From IMG/VR virus record IMGVR_UViG_3300028781_000010: a stretch of DNA of 36,947 bases; one strand, 5' to 3'. Numbering within the stretch: the first letter of the stretch is position 1; every line of letters starts with the position of its first letter. Below are positions 13,810 through 20,261 of the stretch, one piece after another. Position numbers and translations under genes: made by a program. Source of the stretch: a virus. Under the pieces are notes generated by a model. That model was not told the origin of the DNA, made no database searches, and saw only the letters and a program-made list of their open reading frames with translations.

Positions 13810-14281
13810 TCGCTTTATTGACTATATCCACCAGCGTTTGGCCTTCGCGGCGGTACTTTTCTAGCTTGGCTACGTTGGTAGGCGTAAACCAGACACCGAT
13901 AAATTTATCTCCCTTGGCGAGTCTAGATTGACGCGCTTTGGCTTGATATTGGTTTTCTTTGATGCGGATCATGGTTTCTCTAGCAGGAACATCTTTGCGA
14001 AATGGCGCAGCTGTCCCCGGTGGATAAACGTTAAAACCACTCGGGTACATTGAGTTCATCGCTAAAACCCACTTTTTCTCTAGTTCGTTTAGCTGGTAAG
14101 GGGAACATGTTTCCAATATCGCTTTTTCAAAACTTTTCCACCCAAATTCTTCTATCGCATCCGCTATTTTCCCACTACTTCCTCTTTTGTGGCCTAAAAA
14201 CCTTTGCTCTATATCAATGCTTTGACCTACGTATGTTTTACCTGTCGCAACATGCTTTATGGAATAAATTCCGCAAGTCAT
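13796..14281 (-). CDS. GIY-YIG family (homing) endonuclease
   Basis: N-terminal motifs GIYSIKHVATGKTYVGQS, then R..GH and a conserved Glu (LNELEKKW). The local region is AT-rich relative to its flanks. Confidence 0.8.
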   Translation of the reverse strand: MTCGIYSIKHVATGKTYVGQSIDIEQRFLGHKRGSSGKIADAIEEFGWKSFEKAILETCSPYQLNELEKKWVLAMNSMYPSGFNVYPPGTAAPFRKDVPARETMIRIKENQYQAKARQSRLAKGDKFIGVWFTPTNVAKLEKYRREGQTLVDIVNKAIEAF

Positions 14282-14436
14282 GGTTTAACCTTTTCCAAAG
14301 AATCTTCAATTGCTCGGCGCACAAATTCAGCCACTGGAACGCCGGTTGTCTTTTTTTGATTTTTAAGTCGGCCAACCATTTCTTGAGAGAGAAAAATATT
14401 CACTCTAACCATCGGTACAACTATGTCGTTTTTCAT
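14278..14436 (-). CDS. Ribbon-helix-helix (CopG/Arc-like) DNA-binding protein
   Basis: The pattern VRVNIFLSQEMVGRLKNQKKTTGVPVAEFVRRAIEDSL fits strand-helix-helix. The stop overlaps the GIY-YIG start (ATGA). The start is uncertain (14436, 14469 or 14475). Confidence 0.6.
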   Translation of the reverse strand: MKNDIVVPMVRVNIFLSQEMVGRLKNQKKTTGVPVAEFVRRAIEDSLEKVKP

Positions 14437-14523
14437 TTTTATGCCAGTGATGATGTATACATATATCATGCACACTTATATGCTTACGTCAACACCTAAA
14501 TATCGAACGACAGGGTTTAGCTA

Positions 14524-14769
14524 TTAGAAAAGCGAATATCCTGGCTCAGTTTTAGCGTTACTGCCAGCTTTTTCAATTGATTCACAAAGCTCGCGATGCA
14601 TTTTTTCTTCCCTATCTTCAAGACGCTGTTTTTCTCTACGAACGTCTAGTACGCGTCTGGCTTCGCCTTGAAACTCTATGGGCATTTTGCAGATAGCTTC
14701 ATCTTCGTTAGCTCGTATCTGATTGGCAATGACACCTTGCATGATGGCTATATATGCTGATTCAAACAT
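14524..14769 (-). CDS. Hypothetical protein
   Basis: 81-aa ORF. Confidence 0.55.
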   Translation of the reverse strand: MFESAYIAIMQGVIANQIRANEDEAICKMPIEFQGEARRVLDVRREKQRLEDREEKMHRELCESIEKAGSNAKTEPGYSLF

Positions 14770-15109
14770 GATTAACTCCTGTGACTAATCGGATTGCCTC
14801 ACCAACTGTATAAATCACGTGTACCTCGCAGCCAACACGGGCTATCTCAGCATGCATCTTGACCTGGGCGGCCGTTAACTGGCGATCTAGGCGGGGTTTC
14901 AGCGGGTTCTTGACCTCGATCATCCACATGGAATGTCGATAGCAGGCGAGAAGATCGCAAACACCACCACCCGCGCCAGATAGATCCATCACGAATACGC
15001 CTATTTGACGCAATGCAGCGACAATTTCCCTTTGATTTTCGTCGGTTCGACGCTTGTGGTGGATCATCTCGGCTGAAACCATGAAAATGGGTTTATTGTT
15101 CTCTTCCAA
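14762..15109 (-). CDS. PD-(D/E)XK nuclease, Hjc/VRR-NUC-like (possible Holliday junction resolvase)
   Basis: The pattern E..IVAALRQIGVFV...SGAGGGVCDLLACYRHSMWMIEVK gives the D...E-x-K catalytic arrangement. Confidence 0.55.
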   Translation of the reverse strand: MEENNKPIFMVSAEMIHHKRRTDENQREIVAALRQIGVFVMDLSGAGGGVCDLLACYRHSMWMIEVKNPLKPRLDRQLTAAQVKMHAEIARVGCEVHVIYTVGEAIRLVTGVNHV

Positions 15110-15321
15110 TTAAGTCCACTCATCTGTTGGGATGCCATTGAAGGATTACTAGGCATGCTAGGCCAAGCGTTTTGCATTGATGCAATAAAACGATTAAGAC
15201 TTACTCGGCATTCGTCATAAGCCTCTTTCGGCGTTCGACCATTTCCTGAGCATGGGCTACCGGGAAGGAAGCAATACCAACCACCATGGCTAGGCTTAAT
15301 GTGATATTTGTTCGGTCTCAT
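15064..15321 (-). CDS. Hypothetical protein
   Basis: 85-aa ORF. The 46-nt overlap with the next ORF suggests one of the two boundaries is shorter than shown. Confidence 0.45.
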   Translation of the reverse strand: MRPNKYHIKPSHGGWYCFLPGSPCSGNGRTPKEAYDECRVSLNRFIASMQNAWPSMPSNPSMASQQMSGLNWKRTINPFSWFQPR

Positions 15322-15602
15322 TTCCTATCCTCCATAGCCTGCCACGTACGGAAAACACCTTCAGCCAGTGCAAGTCGAAGCTGATCACGCGTATAACCCG
15401 ATTTAACCGCACCATCGCATTTCTGATGGCATGGATAGCAGCACCAAGCGCCGATAGCGTCAGACGACTTGTAACCGCGTCCTGAGAGTCCTGCAAGAGA
15501 GTAGTGCGCAAGAATTGTCGTTTCACCTCCGCCGTCACAGCCTTCTAAGCGAACCATGCAAGGCTGACCTCTTGCCGCTTTACGCGCTGGCGTGGTTTTC
15601 AT
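15318..15602 (-). CDS. YbcO/DUF1364-like putative Zn-dependent nuclease
   Basis: KAARGQPCMVRLEGCDGGGETTILAHYSLAGLSGRGYKSSDAIGAWCCYPCH aligns closely with my recollection of E. coli DLP12 YbcO (KAARGRECQVRIPGVCNGNPETSVLAH...ACSACH). Confidence 0.7.
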   Translation of the reverse strand: MKTTPARKAARGQPCMVRLEGCDGGGETTILAHYSLAGLSGRGYKSSDAIGAWCCYPCHQKCDGAVKSGYTRDQLRLALAEGVFRTWQAMEDRK

Positions 15603-15799
15603 GGTGAACTTCCGCCTTTCATAAACTGATCGGCATAGATTTTCATCTTTACAGGATCACTCCATGGCGATAGCGCGGAAGAAGGTTCATCCCATTTAGT
15701 GAAAGCCATCGTGATGATGGTATCCCAATCATTTTTAGTAGGCATAGGCATTTTCCCAGCGAAACCGCGAAACCAGTAAGCGAATTCATTCGACGTCAT
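15599..15799 (-). CDS. Hypothetical protein
   Basis: ATG 15799 is preceded by GGGAGAG. The track ORF extension to 15931 overlaps the RMF-like gene. Confidence 0.5.
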   Translation of the reverse strand: MTSNEFAYWFRGFAGKMPMPTKNDWDTIITMAFTKWDEPSSALSPWSDPVKMKIYADQFMKGGSSP

Positions 15800-15968
15800 T
15801 TTTTCTCTCCCTTTCCGCGTCCAGCCAGCCTTTTTCCCAGAATGCTGTGGCCCAATGCGAGTCACGGGCCATCGAAAGTCGGTAAGGACACATGTATTTT
15901 TCCAAACCAGCCTTATAGTCAGCATATCCACGATTGATGCAGGTGATGCGGTCGTATAGGTCGGTCAT
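15786..15968 (-). CDS. Ribosome modulation factor (RMF)-like protein
   Basis: RGYADYKAGLEKYMCPY...W....W.KGW matches the E. coli RMF core RGYQAGIAGRSKEMCPY...QWLGGW. Size is 60 aa against 55 aa for RMF. Confidence 0.6.
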   Translation of the reverse strand: MTDLYDRITCINRGYADYKAGLEKYMCPYRLSMARDSHWATAFWEKGWLDAERERKNDVE

Positions 15969-16192
15969 GGCGATTTCTCGCGATGCGTGATTAACGCGAT
16001 CATCAGACCGTTTCTACGCAAATCCATCTCTTTCTGAATCTCAGGGTGCATTTCCAAGATTGCCTTTTTCACGGCATCGTCTATGGATGGCTCAATTGCA
16101 GCCAACGCTTTACCTTTGAGTTCGTCAAACATCTTCTTGCAAAACATATCCAGCAATAAATGATCGATCTTCACGCTTTCGTTGTTTTCCAT
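15965..16192 (-). CDS. Hypothetical protein
   Basis: 75-aa ORF with an ATGA overlap downstream. Confidence 0.55.
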   Translation of the reverse strand: MENNESVKIDHLLLDMFCKKMFDELKGKALAAIEPSIDDAVKKAILEMHPEIQKEMDLRRNGLMIALITHREKSP

Positions 16193-16194
16193 GG

Positions 16195-16407
16195 CTATGC
16201 ATTCTCCCGTAATTTGAATTGATCCGGCCTATCCAGCTTTCTCACCCTAGCAATCGTACCGTCAGCGTGAAGCGCTCTCGTTGCGCTACTCACACCCATC
16301 CAGGAACAGTCCGTAAGCTGGCATAACTCCCCGATATCCCTAGGACCATCGGCTAGCGCGGTGATGATCTTTAGGGATTTGGGCGAGCGGCGGGATTTGG
16401 CGTTCAT
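16195..16407 (-). CDS. Small winged-helix DNA-binding protein
   Basis: LKIITALADGPRDIGELCQLTDCSWMGVSSATRALHADGTIARV is a wHTH-like pattern. ATG 16407 lies 2 nt after the upstream stop. Confidence 0.5.
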   Translation of the reverse strand: MNAKSRRSPKSLKIITALADGPRDIGELCQLTDCSWMGVSSATRALHADGTIARVRKLDRPDQFKLRENA

Positions 16408-16409
16408 CG

Positions 16410-16871
16410 TCAAAAGTTTCCCTCTGCAACTTGAAAGCATGGAACGGCGTTGGATCGCCACATCGAAACAACTTGGTTTCTATCGTCAAAAACAGCAACC
16501 AAGCGCCTACGATCTTCGTCAAGCATGCCATCCCACCATTCCTGCTTGACCACATTGTCAGCCCTATAGTCTCCCTCTTGCCGCATAACCAAAGCGGTAT
16601 CTAGGTCATGCGTCATGAAGTTGGTATTTTCTATAAGCCATTTAACGGTTTTGTCTCTCACTTCCTCACTACGCCCGCTGAAAATCCAAATATCGGCAGA
16701 GTGCCTAAGGCGCTCCATCGTCGCAATCACCGCAGGAATGGGTAAATCTCGGTTACACGCTGCGTAAAATCTACGCCAACGGTTAGGGTCATGTTTCTCA
16801 TCGAGAATATGCTTGCGATGCTCGATGTTTGCCAAAGTCCCATCTAAGTCAAAAATGTATAACGGCTTCAT
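16410..16871 (-). CDS. HAD-superfamily phosphatase (Pnk-phosphatase / nucleotidase-like)
   Basis: Motif I is FDLDGTLA directly after Met at 16871 (GAGGG upstream). Later motifs are IWIFSGR and VFDDR. Confidence 0.7.
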   Translation of the reverse strand: MKPLYIFDLDGTLANIEHRKHILDEKHDPNRWRRFYAACNRDLPIPAVIATMERLRHSADIWIFSGRSEEVRDKTVKWLIENTNFMTHDLDTALVMRQEGDYRADNVVKQEWWDGMLDEDRRRLVAVFDDRNQVVSMWRSNAVPCFQVAEGNF

Positions 16872-16908
16872 ACCCAATCCCTCGCCATAGCCTCGCCGAT
16901 GATGTAAT

Positions 16909-17061
16909 TCATAGCCTGCATCTACCATCTAACTTCGCTTTATCGTGATAGTTACGCTTCAAAGCCTCTTGCCGCAACCATAGGCGACATTCGGTTTGTG
17001 CAGGTTCTTTCAGTTTGTCGATCAATGGACCCCATCGTCGGAAGTTAGGTTCTATTTGCAT
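16909..17061 (-). CDS. Hypothetical protein
   Basis: Start chosen at ATG 17061. The track ORF starts at TTG 17109. Confidence 0.4.
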   Translation of the reverse strand: MQIEPNFRRWGPLIDKLKEPAQTECRLWLRQEALKRNYHDKAKLDGRCRL

Positions 17062-17093
17062 GATATTCAGGGCCTCGGTTAGATGATGGTAGA

Positions 17094-17300
17094 TCACGCC
17101 AGTCCCCAAATAATCGACCTCTTGCGCGATCTCGGCCCCCAGCCCATCGGAGCTACCAGTAAATGACGCATGAGCCTTAAAAGTGACTTTCTGGCCGTCT
17201 CAAAGGCTATCGATAGGCAGCGCGACAGTTCATTGATTGACATGGGTCGAAGTCTTAAAGCTTTCAGGATGCGGATGCGGAGACGTTCAGGTCTTAGCAT
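17094..17300 (-). CDS. Small winged-helix (MarR/ArsR-like) DNA-binding protein
   Basis: RILKALRLRPMSINELSRCLSIAFETARKSLLRLMRHLLV. ATG 17300 overlaps the end of the T5orf172 gene by 7 nt. Confidence 0.5.
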   Translation of the reverse strand: MLRPERLRIRILKALRLRPMSINELSRCLSIAFETARKSLLRLMRHLLVAPMGWGPRSRKRSIIWGLA

Positions 17301-17677
17301 GGTGTTACTTCCTTCGATCTTGGAAAACGTGAATAGAAAGCACTGCGCTTCTTGTTCTCCTTTTTCTTGCAACCTTTCCTAACCTTTTCCATGGAAATTT
17401 CCATAGTTGTTCCAGAAGCAAGCGAAGCAATCAAATCACGTAGAAGTTGATTGTTGGAAAAATACTCTCCCTTCTTTCGACAGAAAGAGAACATTTCATG
17501 CAACTTGTGTTCGATCGCGTAAGCCTGACTTTCCGAGCCGATATGATGAGCATATAGAATCTTTAAGCGTGACGAACTTCCGGTCTGAAGCCCTTTCAAG
17601 CGAGCTTCTACATCATTGGCTTTACCGATCTTCACATTCCCGAACTGGTCACATTGCTGAATGAAATATATATGCAT
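17294..17677 (-). CDS. T5orf172 (MUG113) domain protein, GIY-YIG superfamily
   Basis: N-terminal pattern IYFIQQCDQFGNVKIGKANDVEARLKGLQTG....LKILY. GGGAGA SD upstream. AT-rich relative to its flanks. Confidence 0.65.
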   Translation of the reverse strand: MHIYFIQQCDQFGNVKIGKANDVEARLKGLQTGSSSRLKILYAHHIGSESQAYAIEHKLHEMFSFCRKKGEYFSNNQLLRDLIASLASGTTMEISMEKVRKGCKKKENKKRSAFYSRFPRSKEVTPC

Positions 17678-17689
17678 TCTTGTCTCCCA

Positions 17690-18044
17690 TACTCAAGTCA
17701 TAGATGCCTTTGGGGCACCTAGCCGGAAACAACCACCTCTGGTACTCCTACCACCTTTGTCCACATCGGTTCGTCATCCTGACCTTTCCGACAAGCCCTT
17801 CGGTGCCCACTTGAATGGTTTTACTTAGCGCCGACATCAAAGCGCTTGGTAGAGAGTCAGTCTATTCTGGGTTCGCCCGACCTTTGGCAATAAGCTAACG
17901 CGCCCTGACGGCAAGTTATTACGAATCACCCAGGGGTTGCATTGCACCTTATTGGTGCGCTAGGATGGTTTTGCACCGCAATGGTGCATTACATCCAGCT
18001 ACTTGTCCTAGCTGACACGCCGGAACCTTTGCGGGGTTGCCGGC
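17690..18044 (-). ncRNA. Candidate structured leader or ncRNA upstream of the T5orf172 gene (class unknown)
   Basis: Largest ORF-free stretch in the genome. Nested helices: 17713-17719 pairs with 17802-17808, and 17724-17729 with 17785-17790. GGG-TTCG-CCC hairpin at 17869-17878. Twin hairpins TGCACC-N5-GGTGCR at 17943-17959 and 17972-17988. No ORF with an SD. Confidence 0.3.
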
Positions 18045-18055
18045 GTTTTCTTTTT
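18019..18055 (+). terminator. Intrinsic-terminator-like hairpin plus T-tract on the plus strand
   Basis: GCCGGAACC-loop-GGTTGCCGGC (9 bp, one bulge) followed by GTTTTCTTTTT. The orientation is opposite to the flanking genes. Confidence 0.4.
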
Positions 18056-18079
18056 ACGCTTCCGTGAGATTCATGTCAA
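18051..18079 (-). promoter_or_regulatory. Sigma-70-like promoter reading leftward into the ORF-free region
   Basis: On the minus strand: TTGACA (18079-18074), a 17-nt spacer, then TAAAAA (18056-18051). Confidence 0.4.
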
Positions 18080-18168
18080 TACCGCGCAAGACGTATATCG
18101 CCGCTGAGCGAGTTCTAGGATGTATTCGCACCAGCGGAGTTGGCGGATGTAGTGGGTGGGAGTGTGGG

Positions 18169-18354
18169 TCATTTTGGATGGTCCGGGCATGGTTGCCACA
18201 TGTAAGGTGGGTCAATTTTTGACCAATCGGTTAACGTCTCAATAAGCCACACTCCGTGCCGACTATCAAACATCGCAACAGCAGGACTTATCAATTTTCT
18301 TGTACTGACCAAAACTGGTTCGTCTTGTGGGCAAGTAATCATGTTTTGCCACAT
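18169..18354 (-). CDS. DUF551-like small phage protein
   Basis: The W..I..CP..EPVLV.......W.....W.P.P pattern is typical of DUF551. Confidence 0.55.
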   Translation of the reverse strand: MWQNMITCPQDEPVLVSTRKLISPAVAMFDSRHGVWLIETLTDWSKIDPPYMWQPCPDHPK

Positions 18355-18355
18355 A

Positions 18356-18544
18356 TCATTTCACCTCTGGCTCGGTTATGAGTAAAGGTACGTACTGATC
18401 AATCCACGCGTTGATATCTCGCTTCAACTCATCACAAACCTTACTATCGTCAAGTGCCGCACTCATCCATGCGCCTAAATCAACGTCTTGCTGTGACCAT
18501 GCGCGCGTGCTGTGTGGCAATCGTGGGAAATTGTCCATCATCAT
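18356..18544 (-). CDS. Hypothetical protein
   Basis: ATG 18544 overlaps the upstream stop (ATGA). The track ORF extends to 18574. Confidence 0.5.
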   Translation of the reverse strand: MMMDNFPRLPHSTRAWSQQDVDLGAWMSAALDDSKVCDELKRDINAWIDQYVPLLITEPEVK

Positions 18545-18693
18545 CCCCAGTAAACGAACTTTCGTCCACGCCACATGCGAACCTTCCTACGGTCATATAG
18601 GCGTGGAATCATACGGCAATAAATTTCGCCAAGATTTCTGATGGATTCCGCAATTCCGTCTATAGTCACGGAATCGGTAGCTATGTAGTTCAT
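18541..18693 (-). CDS. Hypothetical protein (50 aa)
   Basis: ATG 18693 overlaps the upstream stop (ATGA). The track ORF extends to 18741. Confidence 0.45.
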   Translation of the reverse strand: MNYIATDSVTIDGIAESIRNLGEIYCRMIPRLYDRRKVRMWRGRKFVYWG

Positions 18694-18875
18694 CGCTTCA
18701 CGTTTTCCTTGGTTATGGGCAACGGTGGCAAATGCATCCAATACATCATCTCGTCGTTAAAAACGTCATAGTTGTACCAGCCATCAACCCAGTGAACGAC
18801 ATCACAAATGTGGCCGTCTGTAGCAAGAATTTCTGTGCCATCTCGCGGCGCAGTTTCTATCGTTTGCCAGTCCAT
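18690..18875 (-). CDS. DUF551-like small phage protein
   Basis: MDWQTIETAPRDGTEILATDG....HWVDGW......WMHLPPLP is a canonical DUF551-like pattern. Confidence 0.6.
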   Translation of the reverse strand: MDWQTIETAPRDGTEILATDGHICDVVHWVDGWYNYDVFNDEMMYWMHLPPLPITKENVKR

Positions 18876-19027
18876 CAGTGCGAACTCCTCACGACAGCCA
18901 CTCTACCGCAGCATTCTTCAGCCAGTTCGCGAGCCTCAGAACGCTTGGCGCAGACGATGATGAGTTCGGCGGTGGTCGGATCGTAGACAATCCAAGCGAT
19001 GATTTGACCATCTTCATGTTTGTTCAT
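18875..19027 (-). CDS. Small hypothetical protein (50 aa)
   Basis: Manual ORF MNKHEDGQIIAWIVYDPTTAELIIVCAKRSEARELAEECCGRVAVVRSSH, with overlapping start/stop codons at both ends. Confidence 0.5.
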   Translation of the reverse strand: MNKHEDGQIIAWIVYDPTTAELIIVCAKRSEARELAEECCGRVAVVRSSH

Positions 19028-19215
19028 TTCTTACCTCCTGAGACGCGCTTGTGCAACTTTAGAAGCTCGACTCCAGCACCATAGAGAGGTTGCCTAGTCT
19101 TGCCTGTACTTAGGTCATGCACGCTGTTTTTCTTGAGGCCAGCATGATCGCCTATGTATTGAAGCGTATGCCTCTCGCGAAGCTTGTTGACAATGTCTTG
19201 CCAGTTGTCCCGCAT
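19024..19215 (-). CDS. Small HTH DNA-binding protein (Cro-like position; first gene of the leftward operon)
   Basis: LQYIGDHAGLKKNSVHDLSTGK is HTH-like. It faces the divergent control region. Confidence 0.5.
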   Translation of the reverse strand: MRDNWQDIVNKLRERHTLQYIGDHAGLKKNSVHDLSTGKTRQPLYGAGVELLKLHKRVSGGKK

Positions 19216-19341
19216 GTTGCAACCCTCTGTTTGTTATGCGTGTACGATACGCCGAATTTATTTTTGCGCAAGGGTATTGCAAACCAGTTCGGCAGGGCGT
19301 ACAGTTCACCCATCGGCCACCACCTGGCCATGGAGCGAACG
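19216..19341. promoter_or_regulatory. Divergent early control region with palindromic TTGCAA / TTGCGCAA motifs and candidate back-to-back promoters
   Basis: TTGCAA at 19217-19222 and 19277-19282; TTGCGCAA at 19264-19271. Rightward candidate: TTGCAA-17 nt-TACAGT (19300-19305). Leftward candidate: TTGCAA-16 nt-TAAATT. Confidence 0.35.
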
Positions 19342-20118
19342 ATGAACCAGATCGTAGAGATTCTTCCCGACCGCCTTGCTGCCGTGATGCAGCGCGAACT
19401 CAAGTCTGGCAGCCACGACAACTTCGAAGCCGGCCTATGCTTCATGGAAGGCGTCAGCTATGTCGCTGGCGAACCGTGGAGCGATACCCCGCAGTGCGCC
19501 TGCCCAGTCATCGCGACCTTCCTGCGTGGATGGAACGATGCACTGCCAGATGCTCGCCGCACTGAACTGCTCCGCGACCTGATTCCGCGTCTCGTCGGAT
19601 CGAATTCCACACCAGAAGTGGAGCTGAAACGCTCACTGTTAGCCGCTGATTGGTTGGTGCGCACCCATACACCTGCATGGCTTCGTCTTGCTGGACTGAC
19701 CGCACAAGCTGATGCGTTGGCTGGACTGCCGGAAATTACCGCGATGGCGCAGATACCGGGCATCAAGCCTGCGATAGAGGCGGTGCGCCGAGATGCATCC
19801 GCTGCTCGGGCCGCTGCTGGGGACGCTGCTTGGGACGCTGCTGGGGACGCTGCTTGGGCCGCTGCTCGGGCCGCTGCTTGGGACGCTGCTTGGGCCGCTG
19901 CTCGGGCCGCTGCTTGGGCCGCTGCTTGGGCCGCTGCTTGGGACGCTGCTTGGGCCGCTGCTGGGGCCGCTGCTCGGGCCGCTGCTTGGGCCGCTGCTGG
20001 GGACGCTGCTGGGGACGCTGCTGGGGACGCTGCCAAGAAAAAACTCGCGCCCACCGTCGATGAACTCCAAACGTCCGCCCTCGCGTTGGTCGCGAAAATG
20101 CTGGACGTGCAGGCATGA
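19342..20118 (+). CDS. Early protein with a globular N-domain and 19 tandem AA[W/R/G][A/D] tetrapeptide repeats
   Basis: GGAG lies 6 nt before ATG 19342 (an alternative ATG is at 19330; the track ORF from 19117 crosses the promoter region). The N-domain carries GEPWSDTPQCACPVIATFLRGWND. The C-terminal repeats are read directly from the sequence. Confidence 0.65.
   Translation: MNQIVEILPDRLAAVMQRELKSGSHDNFEAGLCFMEGVSYVAGEPWSDTPQCACPVIATFLRGWNDALPDARRTELLRDLIPRLVGSNSTPEVELKRSLLAADWLVRTHTPAWLRLAGLTAQADALAGLPEITAMAQIPGIKPAIEAVRRDASAARAAAGDAAWDAAGDAAWAAARAAAWDAAWAAARAAAWAAAWAAAWDAAWAAAGAAARAAAWAAAGDAAGDAAGDAAKKKLAPTVDELQTSALALVAKMLDVQA
19801..20028 (+). repeat. 19 head-to-tail copies of the 12-nt unit GCTGCT[C/G/T]GGG[A/C]C
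   Basis: Counted unit by unit. Only unit positions 7 and 11 vary. A degenerate 20th unit, GCTGCCAAGAAA, follows. Confidence 0.95.
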
Positions 20119-20261
20119 CCACCAACCGCACCTTCCGCTGCCGCATCGCCCGAATGAACGACGGCGCGATCCAGACGATGAGCTACATCGGACCGATGGA
20201 TGGCGTGCCGGTTGGCTGGTCGATCGTGATGCGCCGCGTGGCGATGAAGGTGGCGGCATGA
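20115..20261 (+). CDS. Small hypothetical protein (48 aa)
   Basis: Manual ORF MTTNRTFRCRIARMNDGAIQTMSYIGPMDGVPVGWSIVMRRVAMKVAA, with ATGA overlaps at both ends. Confidence 0.45.
   Translation: MTTNRTFRCRIARMNDGAIQTMSYIGPMDGVPVGWSIVMRRVAMKVAA

Noticed and set aside
14050-14499. 149-aa plus-strand ORF
   Set aside because: It is antisense to the GIY-YIG and RHH genes in an AT-rich stretch. Its Phe/Leu/Ser-rich composition looks non-genic.
17678-18168. A group I intron carrying the T5orf172 gene
   Set aside because: The flanking ORFs (DUF551-like upstream, wHTH downstream) do not look like halves of one interrupted gene. I also could not identify P7/P3-type conserved intron core elements by eye.
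19801-20028. The tandem repeat as a CRISPR array or a DGR variable region
   Set aside because: The units are 12 nt, contiguous with no spacers, and in frame within a gene. No cas genes, reverse transcriptase or template repeat are present in the genome.
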